From the NCBI GenBank assembly GCA_965115905.1, contig OZ220489.1:136584-200583 (forward strand): a stretch of 64,000 nt of DNA, read 5' to 3'. Numbering within the stretch: position 1 is the first letter of the stretch; each line of letters starts with the position of its first letter. Shown here in pieces: positions 8,107 to 16,874 of this stretch. The notes below the pieces were generated by a model. The model did no database searches, was not told the origin of the DNA, and saw only the letters and a program-made list of their open reading frames with translations. This DNA comes from Tepidiformaceae bacterium. Lineage in GTDB: Bacteria; Chloroflexota; Dehalococcoidia; Tepidiformales; Tepidiformaceae. The translations under genes were made by a program, and so were the position numbers.

Positions 8107-9297
8107 GTGGGCGGAACGGCGGCGCCGCTTGAGGGGATACGCGCGCTTGACCTGACGCGGGCGCGGGCGGGGCCGACGTGCGCGCGGCAACTGGCGGACT
8201 GGGGCGCGGACGTGATCAAGATCGAGCTGCCGCCGCGTCCGGGCGGAGGCGACGGAATCACGGGGGAGCGTCACGGGTTCGATTTCCAGAACCTGCACCG
8301 CAACAAGCGCAGCCTCACGCTCAACCTGAAGGCGGCGGCGGGACGCGACCTCTTCCTGCGGCTGGCGGAGGACGCGGACGTGGTCATCGAGAACTACCGG
8401 CCAAGGGTGAAGCGGCGGCTGGGGATCGACTACGAGGCGGTGCGCGCGGTGAACCCGCGCATCGTGTACGGGAGCATCAGCGGGTTCGGGCAGACGGGGC
8501 CGTATCGCGACCGTCCGGGGGTGGACCAGATCGCGCAGGGGCTGGGCGGGCTGATGTCGATTACGGGGCTGCCGGGGCAGGGGCCGGTGCGGGTGGGCAT
8601 CCCCATCGCGGACCTGACGGCGGGGATGCTGCTGGCGCAGGGCGTGCTGCTGGCGCTGTTCGAGCGGGAGCGGTCGGGGGAGGGGCAGTGGGTGCACACC
8701 TCGCTGCTGGAGGCCCAGATCCAGATGCTCGACTTTCAGGCGGCGCGCTGGCTGATCGACGGGGAGGTGGCGCCGCAGGCGGGGAACGACCATCCGACAA
8801 GCATCCCCACGGGCGTCTTCCCGACGGCGGACGGCCACATCAACATCGCGGCCTCGGGGAGCGTCTTGTGGGAGCGGTTGTGCCGCGCACTGGGGCTGGA
8901 GGAGCTGCTTTCCGACCCGGACTACGCGGACAACGAACGGCGTTCGAGGAACCGCAAGGCGCTGAACGCGCGCATCGCGGGGGTGACGCCGTCGCGCACG
9001 AGCGCGGAGTGGATCGCGGCGCTGAACGAGACGGGCGTTCCCTGCGGGCCGATCAACACGATCGACGCGACGTTCGCGGACCCGCAGGTGGAGGCGCTGG
9101 GCATGGCGCGGCCAATGGCGCATCCGCTGCTGGGGGAGACGCGCGTGGTGGGGCAGGCGATCAACCTCGCGCGCACGCCTCAGCCGTCCAGCCACCGCCC
9201 GACGCCGGAGCTGGGCGAACATACCGACGAGATCCTGCGCGGCCTCGGGATGGACGATGACGCCATTCGGGAGCTGCGCGCGAGCGGCGTCGTCTAG
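8107..9297 (+). CDS. Family III CoA-transferase (CaiB/BaiF type)
   Basis: 'PLEGIRALDLTRARAGPTCARQLADWGADVIKIE' is the classic N-terminus of this family. I prefer GTG 8107, which is preceded by GGAGGAGGAG. The ATG at 8038 is the longest alternative. Confidence 0.85.
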   Translation: MGGTAAPLEGIRALDLTRARAGPTCARQLADWGADVIKIELPPRPGGGDGITGERHGFDFQNLHRNKRSLTLNLKAAAGRDLFLRLAEDADVVIENYRPRVKRRLGIDYEAVRAVNPRIVYGSISGFGQTGPYRDRPGVDQIAQGLGGLMSITGLPGQGPVRVGIPIADLTAGMLLAQGVLLALFERERSGEGQWVHTSLLEAQIQMLDFQAARWLIDGEVAPQAGNDHPTSIPTGVFPTADGHINIAASGSVLWERLCRALGLEELLSDPDYADNERRSRNRKALNARIAGVTPSRTSAEWIAALNETGVPCGPINTIDATFADPQVEALGMARPMAHPLLGETRVVGQAINLARTPQPSSHRPTPELGEHTDEILRGLGMDDDAIRELRASGVV

Positions 9298-9307
9298 GGG
9301 CGGCGCC

Positions 9308-10123
9308 ATGGCCACGGGGGGAAGCGACATGGAACTGAAGACGGACAAGATGCTGGCGCGCAAGGAGGGCGGCGTTGGCTGGATGCTCTTCAACAATCCC
9401 GCGCGGCGGAACGCGCTCAGCATCGAGATGCAGCAGGCGATTCCGGTGATTCTTCACGACTTCCGGGACGATCCCGAGGTGCGGGTGGTGGTGATGGCGG
9501 GGACGGGCGACAAGGCGTTCGTCTCGGGGGCGGACATTTCCGAGTTCGAGAGCCGTCGCTCGGACCCGGAGTCGATCGCGACATTCAACCAGATCGGGGC
9601 GGCGGCGAACGCGGCCTACGCGGAGCTGGGCAAGCCGCTCATCGCGATGATCCGCGGGTTCTGTATGGGCGGCGGGCTGCTGACGGCGCTGCAGGCCGAC
9701 ATCCGCGTGGCGGCGGAGGACTCGCAGTTCGGGATTCCGGCGGCGCGGCTGGGGTTGGGGTACGGGTTCGGGGGGACGGAGAATCTGGTGCGGACGGTGG
9801 GAGCGGCGGCGGCGCGGGAGATCCTCTTTACGGGCGCCCGCTTTCCCGCGGAGGACGCGCTGCGCTGGGGCTTGGTGAACCGCGTCACGCCAGTCGAGGA
9901 GTTGGAGGCGACGGTGGCGCGCATCGCGGACGCGATCGCGGAGAACGCGCCGCTGACGGTGAGGCTGCTGCGCGCCTCGATTGTGGAGGCGGAGAAGGAG
10001 CGGGAGGCGCGCGATCTCGGCGCCATCGAGGCGATGGTGGAGGCGTGTTTCGCGAGCGAGGACTACGTCGAGGGGCGGCGTGCGTTCATGGAGAAGCGGC
10101 GTCCGGAGTTTCGGGGGCGGTAG
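9308..10123 (+). CDS. Enoyl-CoA hydratase/isomerase (crotonase) family protein
   Basis: 'AFVSGADISEF' and 'GFCMGGGLLTALQADIRVAAEDSQFGIPAARLGLG' match crotonase oxyanion-hole regions. The start is taken after the stop of the preceding gene. Confidence 0.85.
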   Translation: MATGGSDMELKTDKMLARKEGGVGWMLFNNPARRNALSIEMQQAIPVILHDFRDDPEVRVVVMAGTGDKAFVSGADISEFESRRSDPESIATFNQIGAAANAAYAELGKPLIAMIRGFCMGGGLLTALQADIRVAAEDSQFGIPAARLGLGYGFGGTENLVRTVGAAAAREILFTGARFPAEDALRWGLVNRVTPVEELEATVARIADAIAENAPLTVRLLRASIVEAEKEREARDLGAIEAMVEACFASEDYVEGRRAFMEKRRPEFRGR

Positions 10124-10363
10124 GGGGATTAGGGGGTCACGAGCGCGTCCGCTGCTTCCGCCCCCGCAGCGCGGCGCTCCGCTACCATGCTATAGACTGA
10201 CCACAAGTTTGAGTAGAGGGGTATAATGCTATAGAATTGATTCTGTCCTATCGAAGTAACTTTCAACATTTTGCCCTAGTAACACTGACTATACCTGTTA
10301 CTTCATCAAAAAATGCCTCGATCTTAGGACGCCCACTAGGACCAGGGCGGTAAAATTCGAGGC

Positions 10364-11983
10364 TCACTCTCCATACACCATTAGAAAGTTAGCAGTTCGG
10401 CGGTAGAGGGCATCGAACCATGTTAGGCTAGTTCCAGGACAGGCATAGTTAATCACAATCGTCCATACATCCCCCATGCTATAGCGTGGTGTAATCGTAG
10501 GCGGCGGAGTGGGTCGCGGAGTAGGCGCGGGCGTTGGCGGCGCAACTTGCGGGGGACTCCACGCCCGCGCCTCGGCCTTCGCCGCCGCTGCGTCTCGCTC
10601 CGCTCCTGCAACCTCGTCGCAGGCCACTTCTGGGTTTGTGTAGAGGAGTCGCCATACCGAGCACTTTTCCCTTCTGTATTCAACATACACTTCTTTCACA
10701 TAGAAACGCTTCCACAGCACACTTCCCCATGTAACTCTGGCGAGCGCATAGCGCTCCAAATCTGTAGCATAGGAAACGTCCGAAGACCAATAAGAGATAG
10801 CAGATTCGAGATATCTACTCATCGTGGCGTTCCGTGTGGACGGATCAGGACGCAACGCGATGAGGCGATCCACCATCGACTGTGCGAGGTCACGTTCTTG
10901 GCGAGCAATATTTGCCAATCTTCTTGATGGACTAGTATCATTTATTATTATGCTGTTCCATGAATCGGTGAGCACATCGATCGCATCAACTGTGGGATTC
11001 CAATCCTCGAGGACGCGATCTTCAAGTGATCCCATTTGTGCCCAAGTTGGAGTCACTCGATCGATACAGAAGTCGTACGGTAATGACCAGTGAGTCGAGA
11101 AATTTTCTTCATATACCTGAAGTTCATGGCAGCCCACGCCAAGCGCCTGAAGTGCAGTCTCTACGTCAGATGTATGGTAAGAGTTACCTCCTCTATTAAA
11201 GCGGTACAGGACGTTATCCCAGTCACTTACGCTGTGAGCCCATACATCCCAGCGACGGCCCAAGTCGAGGGAGGAAGAACGGCTGGCGCACATTGCCTGA
11301 ACGAGATTCTCCGATGGAGACTTCGTGCAGAAGGCAGTGATCGTGAGGCGACTCTCTACTGGCGGGGCGTCGCTGTCACCCATATCGTCGTCACCTATAT
11401 CCTGATCACCAGGATCAACAGGGTCTTCTTCGGCGTCGCTGTCGCCCATATCGTCGTCACCTATATCAGGCTCGGTGGGGGCTTCGGGTTCCGTGATGGG
11501 GATATCGACGGTGATGACATTGCTCTGGTGAAAGCGTCCAGAACGGCTGAGACGGGACATGTCGAGAGGCGCTTGCTCTGTCCGCCAAGAACCGCCTTCG
11601 AGCCGCGTGCTGATGTAGAGAACAGACGGGTCTGCGACGCTTCGCCAGACTGCGACCTCAACGTTTACGCGGTTGCCAGCCCAGTCCCTAACCTCGATCG
11701 TAACCACGCTGCTCTGGTGGAAGCGCCCTGAGCGGCTGAGACGGGACATGTCGAGGGGCTCCTGCTCCGTGCGCCAAGAGCCGCCCGCGGATCGCGTACT
11801 GAGGTACAGGACAGAAGAGTCCGCGACGCTCCGCCAGAGCGTTACCTCGGTAGCCGCGAATTCGGGATCCACAGGTTCGGCGGGCCCCTGCGCAGAGACT
11901 GCAGCGGCGCCTACCGCTGCGAGCGCAGCGAACGCCAAGCCCCAGAGCCACGCGCTTCTCACAACCGAACTGTACTTCACCAC
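10364..11983 (-). CDS. Secreted protein with two copies of an unassigned ~52-aa 'WRSV...GGSWRTEQ...SRSGRFHQS' repeat, an acidic linker and a low-GC C-terminal domain
   Basis: Signal-like 'WLWGLAFAALAAVGAAAVSAQG', two tandem repeats, and a duplicated 'DIGDDDMGDSDA' acidic segment. The start is uncertain (GTG 11983/11980/11962) and was chosen by alignment with the paralog at 15927. Confidence 0.7.
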   Translation of the reverse strand: MVKYSSVVRSAWLWGLAFAALAAVGAAAVSAQGPAEPVDPEFAATEVTLWRSVADSSVLYLSTRSAGGSWRTEQEPLDMSRLSRSGRFHQSSVVTIEVRDWAGNRVNVEVAVWRSVADPSVLYISTRLEGGSWRTEQAPLDMSRLSRSGRFHQSNVITVDIPITEPEAPTEPDIGDDDMGDSDAEEDPVDPGDQDIGDDDMGDSDAPPVESRLTITAFCTKSPSENLVQAMCASRSSSLDLGRRWDVWAHSVSDWDNVLYRFNRGGNSYHTSDVETALQALGVGCHELQVYEENFSTHWSLPYDFCIDRVTPTWAQMGSLEDRVLEDWNPTVDAIDVLTDSWNSIIINDTSPSRRLANIARQERDLAQSMVDRLIALRPDPSTRNATMSRYLESAISYWSSDVSYATDLERYALARVTWGSVLWKRFYVKEVYVEYRREKCSVWRLLYTNPEVACDEVAGAERDAAAAKAEARAWSPPQVAPPTPAPTPRPTPPPTITPRYSMGDVWTIVINYACPGTSLTWFDALYRRTANFLMVYGE

Positions 11984-11988
11984 CCCCA

Positions 11989-11994
11989 AGTATA
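11989..11994 (-). promoter_or_regulatory. Candidate -10 box TATACT immediately upstream of the repeat-protein start
   Basis: The minus strand reads GGCTATACGGTTATACTTGGGGGTGGTG. A similar GGCTATACT lies 7 nt upstream of the paralog's GTG at 15927. The spacing suggests a leaderless or very short-leader mRNA. Confidence 0.35.
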
Positions 11995-12111
11995 ACCGTA
12001 TAGCCGCAAACGGCCCCTTCCGCTCCCGACAGAACAGCGGCCCCGAACTGCGCGGCGTCTGGACCATCCTTAGGATGTAGGGCAATCGACGGGGTTGGCA
12101 GGAGGATATCT

Positions 12112-12600
12112 GTGAGCGGAAGCAGTGATGGGGGTTTCGTCTTCGAGGGGCGGGGCGAGCGCGAGATCGTGATGGCGTACCGCTTTGCGGCGCCGCCGGA
12201 GCGGGTGTTCGCGGCGTGGACGGATTGCGAGAGCATGGCGCATTGGTACGGTCCGGACGGGCATGAGTTGATCGTGTGCGATATGGACCTGCGCGAGGGC
12301 GGGGCCTGGCGGTTCGTGACGCGGGATGCGTCGGGGGAGGAGACGGCGCTGCGGGGCGTCTACCAGGAGATCTCGCCGCCGACGCGGCTGGTCAACACCG
12401 AGAGCTGGGAGGGGATGCCCGAATTCGTGACAACGGTGATGTCCACGTTCGAGGCGGAGGGCGAGGGAACGCGGCTGACGGCGGTGGTTCTGCATCCGGC
12501 ACGGGGGTCGCGGGATGGGGCGATGGGCTCGGGGATGGAGGAGGGCGTGCGGCAGACCTTCGAGCGGCTGGCGGTGTGGCTGGCGACCACGGAGGCGTGA
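12112..12600 (+). CDS. SRPBCC superfamily protein (AHSA1/Aha1-like)
   Basis: 'REIVMAYRFAAPPERVFAAWTDCESMAHWYGPDG' and 'LRGVYQEISPPTRLV' are typical of the Activator-of-Hsp90-ATPase-homolog-like SRPBCC family. Confidence 0.8.
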   Translation: MSGSSDGGFVFEGRGEREIVMAYRFAAPPERVFAAWTDCESMAHWYGPDGHELIVCDMDLREGGAWRFVTRDASGEETALRGVYQEISPPTRLVNTESWEGMPEFVTTVMSTFEAEGEGTRLTAVVLHPARGSRDGAMGSGMEEGVRQTFERLAVWLATTEA

Positions 12601-13331
12601 GCGGCGGCGGGTCCGCCTACCCGCGAGCGCTGGCGGTCCCGCTGGACGCGGCCGTGCGGGAGGGGGCGGACGGGGAGTGGCTGGCGTGGCGGGTGCGGGC
12701 GGCGGGGAACATCGACTACGGATTCGCACGCGGGGAGCGGCCCGAGGGGTGTCTGGCGGGGTTCGTGGCGCTGGAGGAGGCGCGGCTGACGGAGTTCGCG
12801 GTCTTCGCGCGGAAATGGGGCGTGCTCGGCCTCTGCGGGGAGCATGGCCTGCCGGGCGCGCTCGACGCCTGTCCGCCGCGCGACGGGGAGGCGGCGAATG
12901 ACCTGTTCCCGCGGACATCGCTGACGGAGGGGTGGACGACGCCACTGCGCGTCTACCAGGAGCCGGTCGCGGGCTGGCGCGAGTTGGCGGGGAAGCTGGG
13001 TGCGGCGCTGCGCGTGGGGTGGGCGTTGCGAGCGGGGGAGGCGGGCGCCGAGGCCGACCTCGCACGGCTTGCGGGGGAAGCGGCGGGATGGGCGGGGGCG
13101 CTGTCGCGGGCGGCGGGGGAGCAGCGTGGTCGGCTGGGGGCGCTGGTCCAGGGGTGGCTGGAGGAGGCGGGGGCGCGGCCGGTGTTCACCTGGCCGTTCA
13201 CGGCGGACGCGCCGGAACTGGCCTTCGACACGCGGACGGGGGCGGGGGACGAGGGCGGGTTCGCGTGGCCCGCGAGGTCGCTCTACCCGGAGCTGCTCAC
13301 GCAGCTGGTCAGGGAGCTGACGGAGGCGTAG
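12597..13331 (+). CDS. Hypothetical protein
   Basis: The frame stays open beyond the SRPBCC stop, with a GTGA start/stop overlap at 12597-12600. Codon usage looks coding (high GC3), but no motif was recognised. Confidence 0.4.
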   Translation: MSGGGSAYPRALAVPLDAAVREGADGEWLAWRVRAAGNIDYGFARGERPEGCLAGFVALEEARLTEFAVFARKWGVLGLCGEHGLPGALDACPPRDGEAANDLFPRTSLTEGWTTPLRVYQEPVAGWRELAGKLGAALRVGWALRAGEAGAEADLARLAGEAAGWAGALSRAAGEQRGRLGALVQGWLEEAGARPVFTWPFTADAPELAFDTRTGAGDEGGFAWPARSLYPELLTQLVRELTEA

Positions 13332-13445
13332 GCAGCGTCGCGCGCGGGGGAGGGCGCGGGATCGCGGGAATGGGCCGCTGGCCTTCTGGCAAAGCCCCGC
13401 CGCATCGCTAGAATCAGCGGGCTCATCCGAGCAAGGGGGCAGGTC

Positions 13446-14225
13446 ATGCAACTGGAAGGACAGGTCGCGGTCGTGACGGGCGGCGCTGAGGGGATCGGAC
13501 GCGGGTTCGCGGTGGCGTTTGCGGAACAGGGCGCGAACGTCGCCTCGCTCGATATCGACGGGCTCAACAACCAGGAGACGATCCGGCAGGTGCGGGCGAC
13601 GGGGCGAGAGGGGCTCGCCATCGATTGCGATGTGGCGGACAAGGAGCAGGTGCGGCGCGCGATGAACAGCGTCCTGCAGCGCTTCGGACGGATCGACACG
13701 CTCGTGAACAACGCCGCGATCTGGGTCGATACCGCGCTGACGTCGGGGACGTATGAGTCGCAGGCGCGGGGATTCGAGGACTCGATGGACATCTGTGCGC
13801 TGGGGAGCTTCTACTGCGCGCTGGCGGCGGTCCCGGCGATGCAGGCGCAGGGGGGCGGGCACATCCTGAACGTGATCACGGAACACGTGCACGAGGGGCA
13901 TCTGATTACGGGGCTCGCGCAGGCGACGGGCTACGACGCGGCGAAGTTCGCACAGGCGCGGCTGACGGAGACGTGGGCGGTGGAGCTGAAGCCGCACAAC
14001 ATCCGCGTGAACGCGCTCTGCATGGGCGCGACGGATTCGCCCATGTTCCGGGCGACGCATGACAGCCCGGCGGAGGTGCTGCCGGCGGACATCGCGCAGG
14101 CGGCGCTGAACGTGCTGGCGCACGGGCCGGAGGGGCCGACGGGCGAGCTGTACCTGTTCGCCGCGTCGGGAACCTCGCGGGAGCAGAGCCTGCGCGAGAT
14201 CGCGGCGCTGGCGCCGGAGGCGTAG
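13446..14225 (+). CDS. SDR family oxidoreductase
   Basis: 'VAVVTGGAEGIGRG' (TGxxxGxG), 'NNAAI', and 'YDAAKFA' (YxxxK). Confidence 0.9.
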   Translation: MQLEGQVAVVTGGAEGIGRGFAVAFAEQGANVASLDIDGLNNQETIRQVRATGREGLAIDCDVADKEQVRRAMNSVLQRFGRIDTLVNNAAIWVDTALTSGTYESQARGFEDSMDICALGSFYCALAAVPAMQAQGGGHILNVITEHVHEGHLITGLAQATGYDAAKFAQARLTETWAVELKPHNIRVNALCMGATDSPMFRATHDSPAEVLPADIAQAALNVLAHGPEGPTGELYLFAASGTSREQSLREIAALAPEA

Positions 14226-14233
14226 CGGGCGCG

Positions 14234-15058
14234 ATGGCGGAGACGCAGGCCCATCATGGCGTCACGGTCAGCGATCTGGAGGCGATGACGGCCGCCCTCG
14301 CGGCGATCGGTTTCACGGAGATCGAGGGAGGCGCGACGGAGCCGCGCGCCTACCACAACGAGACGGGGGACGCGATCGGCCAGCTGATCGCGCCCACGCT
14401 GGGCGATGCGATTCGGACGTGGTTCGTGGAGAATCCGGCGAGCGGCCAGCAGATCGACCTGGTGGAGTTGACGGCGGAGACGACGCGTTGCGCGCGGCCG
14501 GGCGACCGACCCGCGCAGGGCGATCTCACGATCGGGATCGCGACGGATGACCCGCGGGGGGCGTACACGGCGATGCGCGAGGCGGCCCCCGGGCTGGCGT
14601 GCTCGGAGGCGGCGGCGTTCCCGGAAGAACAGGGCGTGGCGCTCACGCTGGACGGCCAGCGGTACGTCCTCACGCGGGGAGCGCCGTTCGCGTACGTGCA
14701 CTACGCGCGGGCGGGGTTCGCGACGGCGTGGCGGTTCTTCCAGCGCGTCCTAGGGTACCGGCTGGCGACGCTTTCGACGCAGGGCACGGGCGACGAACGC
14801 TGGGGCTTGCAGGGCGGCGGCGGGAGGGTGGAGCTGGTGGTCGAGGAGGGGACGCCGGCGCCGCCGTCAGGGGCGGGGAAGCGCTATGTGGGCTCGAACC
14901 ACTTTCGGCTCCTGCACGCGGACCTGGAGGCGATCGCGGAGCGGGTGGCGTCGAGCGGAAGCGGAACCTGGTTCTTCCCGCCGAACGAGGCTGGCTTCGC
15001 GCAGATCATCGGGCCGACGGGGGAGTTCATCGAGCTGTACGACCGGTCCGCCTCTTGA
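14234..15058 (+). CDS. VOC (glyoxalase/bleomycin-resistance/dioxygenase) family protein, two-module
   Basis: N-terminal 'HHGVTVSDLEAMTAALAAIGF' and C-terminal 'NHFRLLHADLEAIAERV...IIGPTGEFIELYD' both resemble VOC beta-alpha-beta modules. Confidence 0.55.
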   Translation: MAETQAHHGVTVSDLEAMTAALAAIGFTEIEGGATEPRAYHNETGDAIGQLIAPTLGDAIRTWFVENPASGQQIDLVELTAETTRCARPGDRPAQGDLTIGIATDDPRGAYTAMREAAPGLACSEAAAFPEEQGVALTLDGQRYVLTRGAPFAYVHYARAGFATAWRFFQRVLGYRLATLSTQGTGDERWGLQGGGGRVELVVEEGTPAPPSGAGKRYVGSNHFRLLHADLEAIAERVASSGSGTWFFPPNEAGFAQIIGPTGEFIELYDRSAS

Positions 15059-15130
15059 AGGAAGCGTTCAGGGGGCGTGGGGCGCGACCGACCCCTCGCC
15101 TGCGCGCGGCCGCGGGCGGGCGCTTCGGGG

Positions 15131-15847
15131 TCAGCAGCCGAGTTGCGTGGCGAGGTCGTGGAAGTCCGTGGCGTTGATGTCGAAGCGGTCATCCGGTTCG
15201 AGGTCGACGGAGACGGAAGGCCCGTGCTCGTGCGGGCGGGGGACGAAGGCGGCGGCAAGGCCGCAGGCGCGGGCGGCCTCGAGGTCGGCCTTGTGGGCGG
15301 CCACCATCATCACCTGGCGGGGTTCGAGGGAGAGGGCGCGGGCCGCCGCGAGGTAGGTCTCGGGATCGGGCTTGAAGTGTCCGAGGAGATCGGCGCTGAG
15401 GAAGCAGTCCCAGGGCAGGCCGGCGTGTTTCGCCATGTTCACGAGCAGTGAGAGGTTGCCGTTCGACAGCGTGGAGACGATGAAGTGCGCACCCAGCCGC
15501 CGCAACCCGCCGATGGAGTCCGGCCAGGGATCGAGGCGGCTCCAGACGTGATTAAGGCGCTCGGTTTGAGCTTCGTCGAGGGCAGCGCCGTGCTCGGCGA
15601 GGAGCGCATCGAGCCTGGCGCGATGGAGCGCGTCGGCGGTTGTGAAGGGGCGCTCCCCGCGGCGGATGGCGCCGATGCCGTCGATGTAGCCCTCGAAGCG
15701 CCAGCGGTCGGCGAAGGCTTCCCAGTCGCCGTCGAGGCCCATGCCCTCGCCGAGCGTCGCGGCGACCTCGCGAACGACGGCGCTGCGCCAGTCAACGACG
15801 GTGCCGAAGACGTCGAAGGCAAGGGCGCGGACATCAGCGAGGGCCAT
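15131..15847 (-). CDS. Haloacid dehalogenase type II (HAD superfamily)
   Basis: 'ALAFDVFGTVVDWRS' (the DxFGT nucleophile motif of L-2-haloacid dehalogenases), 'STLSNGN', and 'VAAHKADLEAARACGL'. Confidence 0.85.
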   Translation of the reverse strand: MALADVRALAFDVFGTVVDWRSAVVREVAATLGEGMGLDGDWEAFADRWRFEGYIDGIGAIRRGERPFTTADALHRARLDALLAEHGAALDEAQTERLNHVWSRLDPWPDSIGGLRRLGAHFIVSTLSNGNLSLLVNMAKHAGLPWDCFLSADLLGHFKPDPETYLAAARALSLEPRQVMMVAAHKADLEAARACGLAAAFVPRPHEHGPSVSVDLEPDDRFDINATDFHDLATQLGC

Positions 15848-15913
15848 GGAGGGATTCTGCCAGATGCGCTTCCGTCAGGAGGGGACGGGGGAAGGGCGGC
15901 TGCGGCCATAGGC

Positions 15914-15919
15914 TATACT
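15914..15919 (+). promoter_or_regulatory. Candidate -10 box TATACT 7 nt upstream of GTG 15927
   Basis: GGCTATACTCGGCGCGGTG. The GGCTATAC core is shared with the paralog's upstream region. Confidence 0.35.
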
Positions 15920-15926
15920 CGGCGCG

Positions 15927-16871
15927 GTGAACTCTAGCTTGCTTGCGCGGAACGCACGGCTTTGGGGACTGGCGCTGGCCGCGCTCGTAGCGGCGATGGT
16001 GGCGGCGGTCGCCTCCGCGCAGGGGCCCGCGGAGCCCGGCGAACCCGCCCTCGCGGACATCGAGGTAACCCTCTGGCGGAGCGTCACGGACCCGTCCATC
16101 CTCTATCTCAGTACGCGACCCGAGGGCGGCTCCTGGCGCACGGAACAAGCGCCTCTCGATATGGCCCGCCTCAGCCGTTCCGGACGCTTCCACCGGAGCA
16201 ACGCCATCACGGTTACGGTTCCGCTCTCGGGCGGCGGACGCGTGAACGTGGATGTTATGGTCTGGCGGAGCGTCACGAACCCGTCCATCCTCTATCTCAG
16301 CACTCGGCCCGAGGGCGGCTCCTGGCGCACGGAACAAGCGTCCCTCGATATGGCCCGCCTCAGCCGTTCGGGACGCTTCCACCAGAGCAACGCCGTCAGG
16401 GTCGCGGTTCCGCTCCCGACCGCCTCTACGCCGACGCCGACGCCGCGCAGCGTTCGCTATTCAGGTGAGATCTTCACCTGGAAGAGCTACGGCGATGGAT
16501 GGGTACTCGGGGATCCGCCAGCGGGAACAACCATCTCCGCAATTGTCGGCGGCCACGTCTGCGGTACCGCGACCACAGGGGCTCCAGGAGGGGGTCCAGG
16601 GTATGAGCCCGTAACGTACAGCCTCACCGTCGAGGAGGGCTGCGGTGGCGCTGAACCGGGTGTGGAAGTGACGTTCGCAGTGGGTGGCGCAGTTCAGGAA
16701 CAAGAAACTATTCGTAACGTCTACTGGCGTCGCGATATCACCAGCGGATCGTGGGATACAAATTGGTATTTAAGGGGCAGTAGCCATCCAATCTACTGGG
16801 GAAATCATCAGGTACTCGACATTATCGTAGTGTTGGAAAATCCCTTTCAATGGATTCCACAGGGGCACTGA
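15927..16871 (+). CDS. Secreted paralog with two copies of the same ~52-aa repeat
   Basis: Signal-like 'LWGLALAALVAAMVAAVASAQG'. The repeats are 'VTLWRSVTDPSILYLSTRPEGGSWRTEQAPLDMARLSRSGRFHRSNAITV' and 'VMVWRSVTNPSILYLSTRPEGGSWRTEQASLDMARLSRSGRFHQSNAVRV'. The last ~60 codons are low-GC. Confidence 0.75.
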   Translation: MNSSLLARNARLWGLALAALVAAMVAAVASAQGPAEPGEPALADIEVTLWRSVTDPSILYLSTRPEGGSWRTEQAPLDMARLSRSGRFHRSNAITVTVPLSGGGRVNVDVMVWRSVTNPSILYLSTRPEGGSWRTEQASLDMARLSRSGRFHQSNAVRVAVPLPTASTPTPTPRSVRYSGEIFTWKSYGDGWVLGDPPAGTTISAIVGGHVCGTATTGAPGGGPGYEPVTYSLTVEEGCGGAEPGVEVTFAVGGAVQEQETIRNVYWRRDITSGSWDTNWYLRGSSHPIYWGNHQVLDIIVVLENPFQWIPQGH

Positions 16872-16874
16872 TCG

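Noticed and set aside
8029-9423. N-terminal 465 aa of the 1486-aa track ORF (4963..9423, minus strand) as part of Res
   Set aside because: The sequence is an Arg/Pro/His-rich shadow antisense to the well-supported CoA-transferase gene. Res-family sequence begins at MADSARFFEKP (ATG 8028).
10124-10363. AT-rich intergenic region as a possible tRNA or small RNA gene
   Set aside because: I could find no cloverleaf-compatible arms or T-loop consensus (GGTTCGAATCC-like), and no stable conserved hairpin. It was noted only as part of the low-GC block.
12070-14123. Long minus-strand ORFs (331 aa and 587 aa) covering the SRPBCC, hypothetical and SDR genes
   Set aside because: They have extreme Arg/Pro composition and no motifs, and they are antisense to plus-strand genes with clear family signatures. 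These are typical high-GC shadow ORFs.
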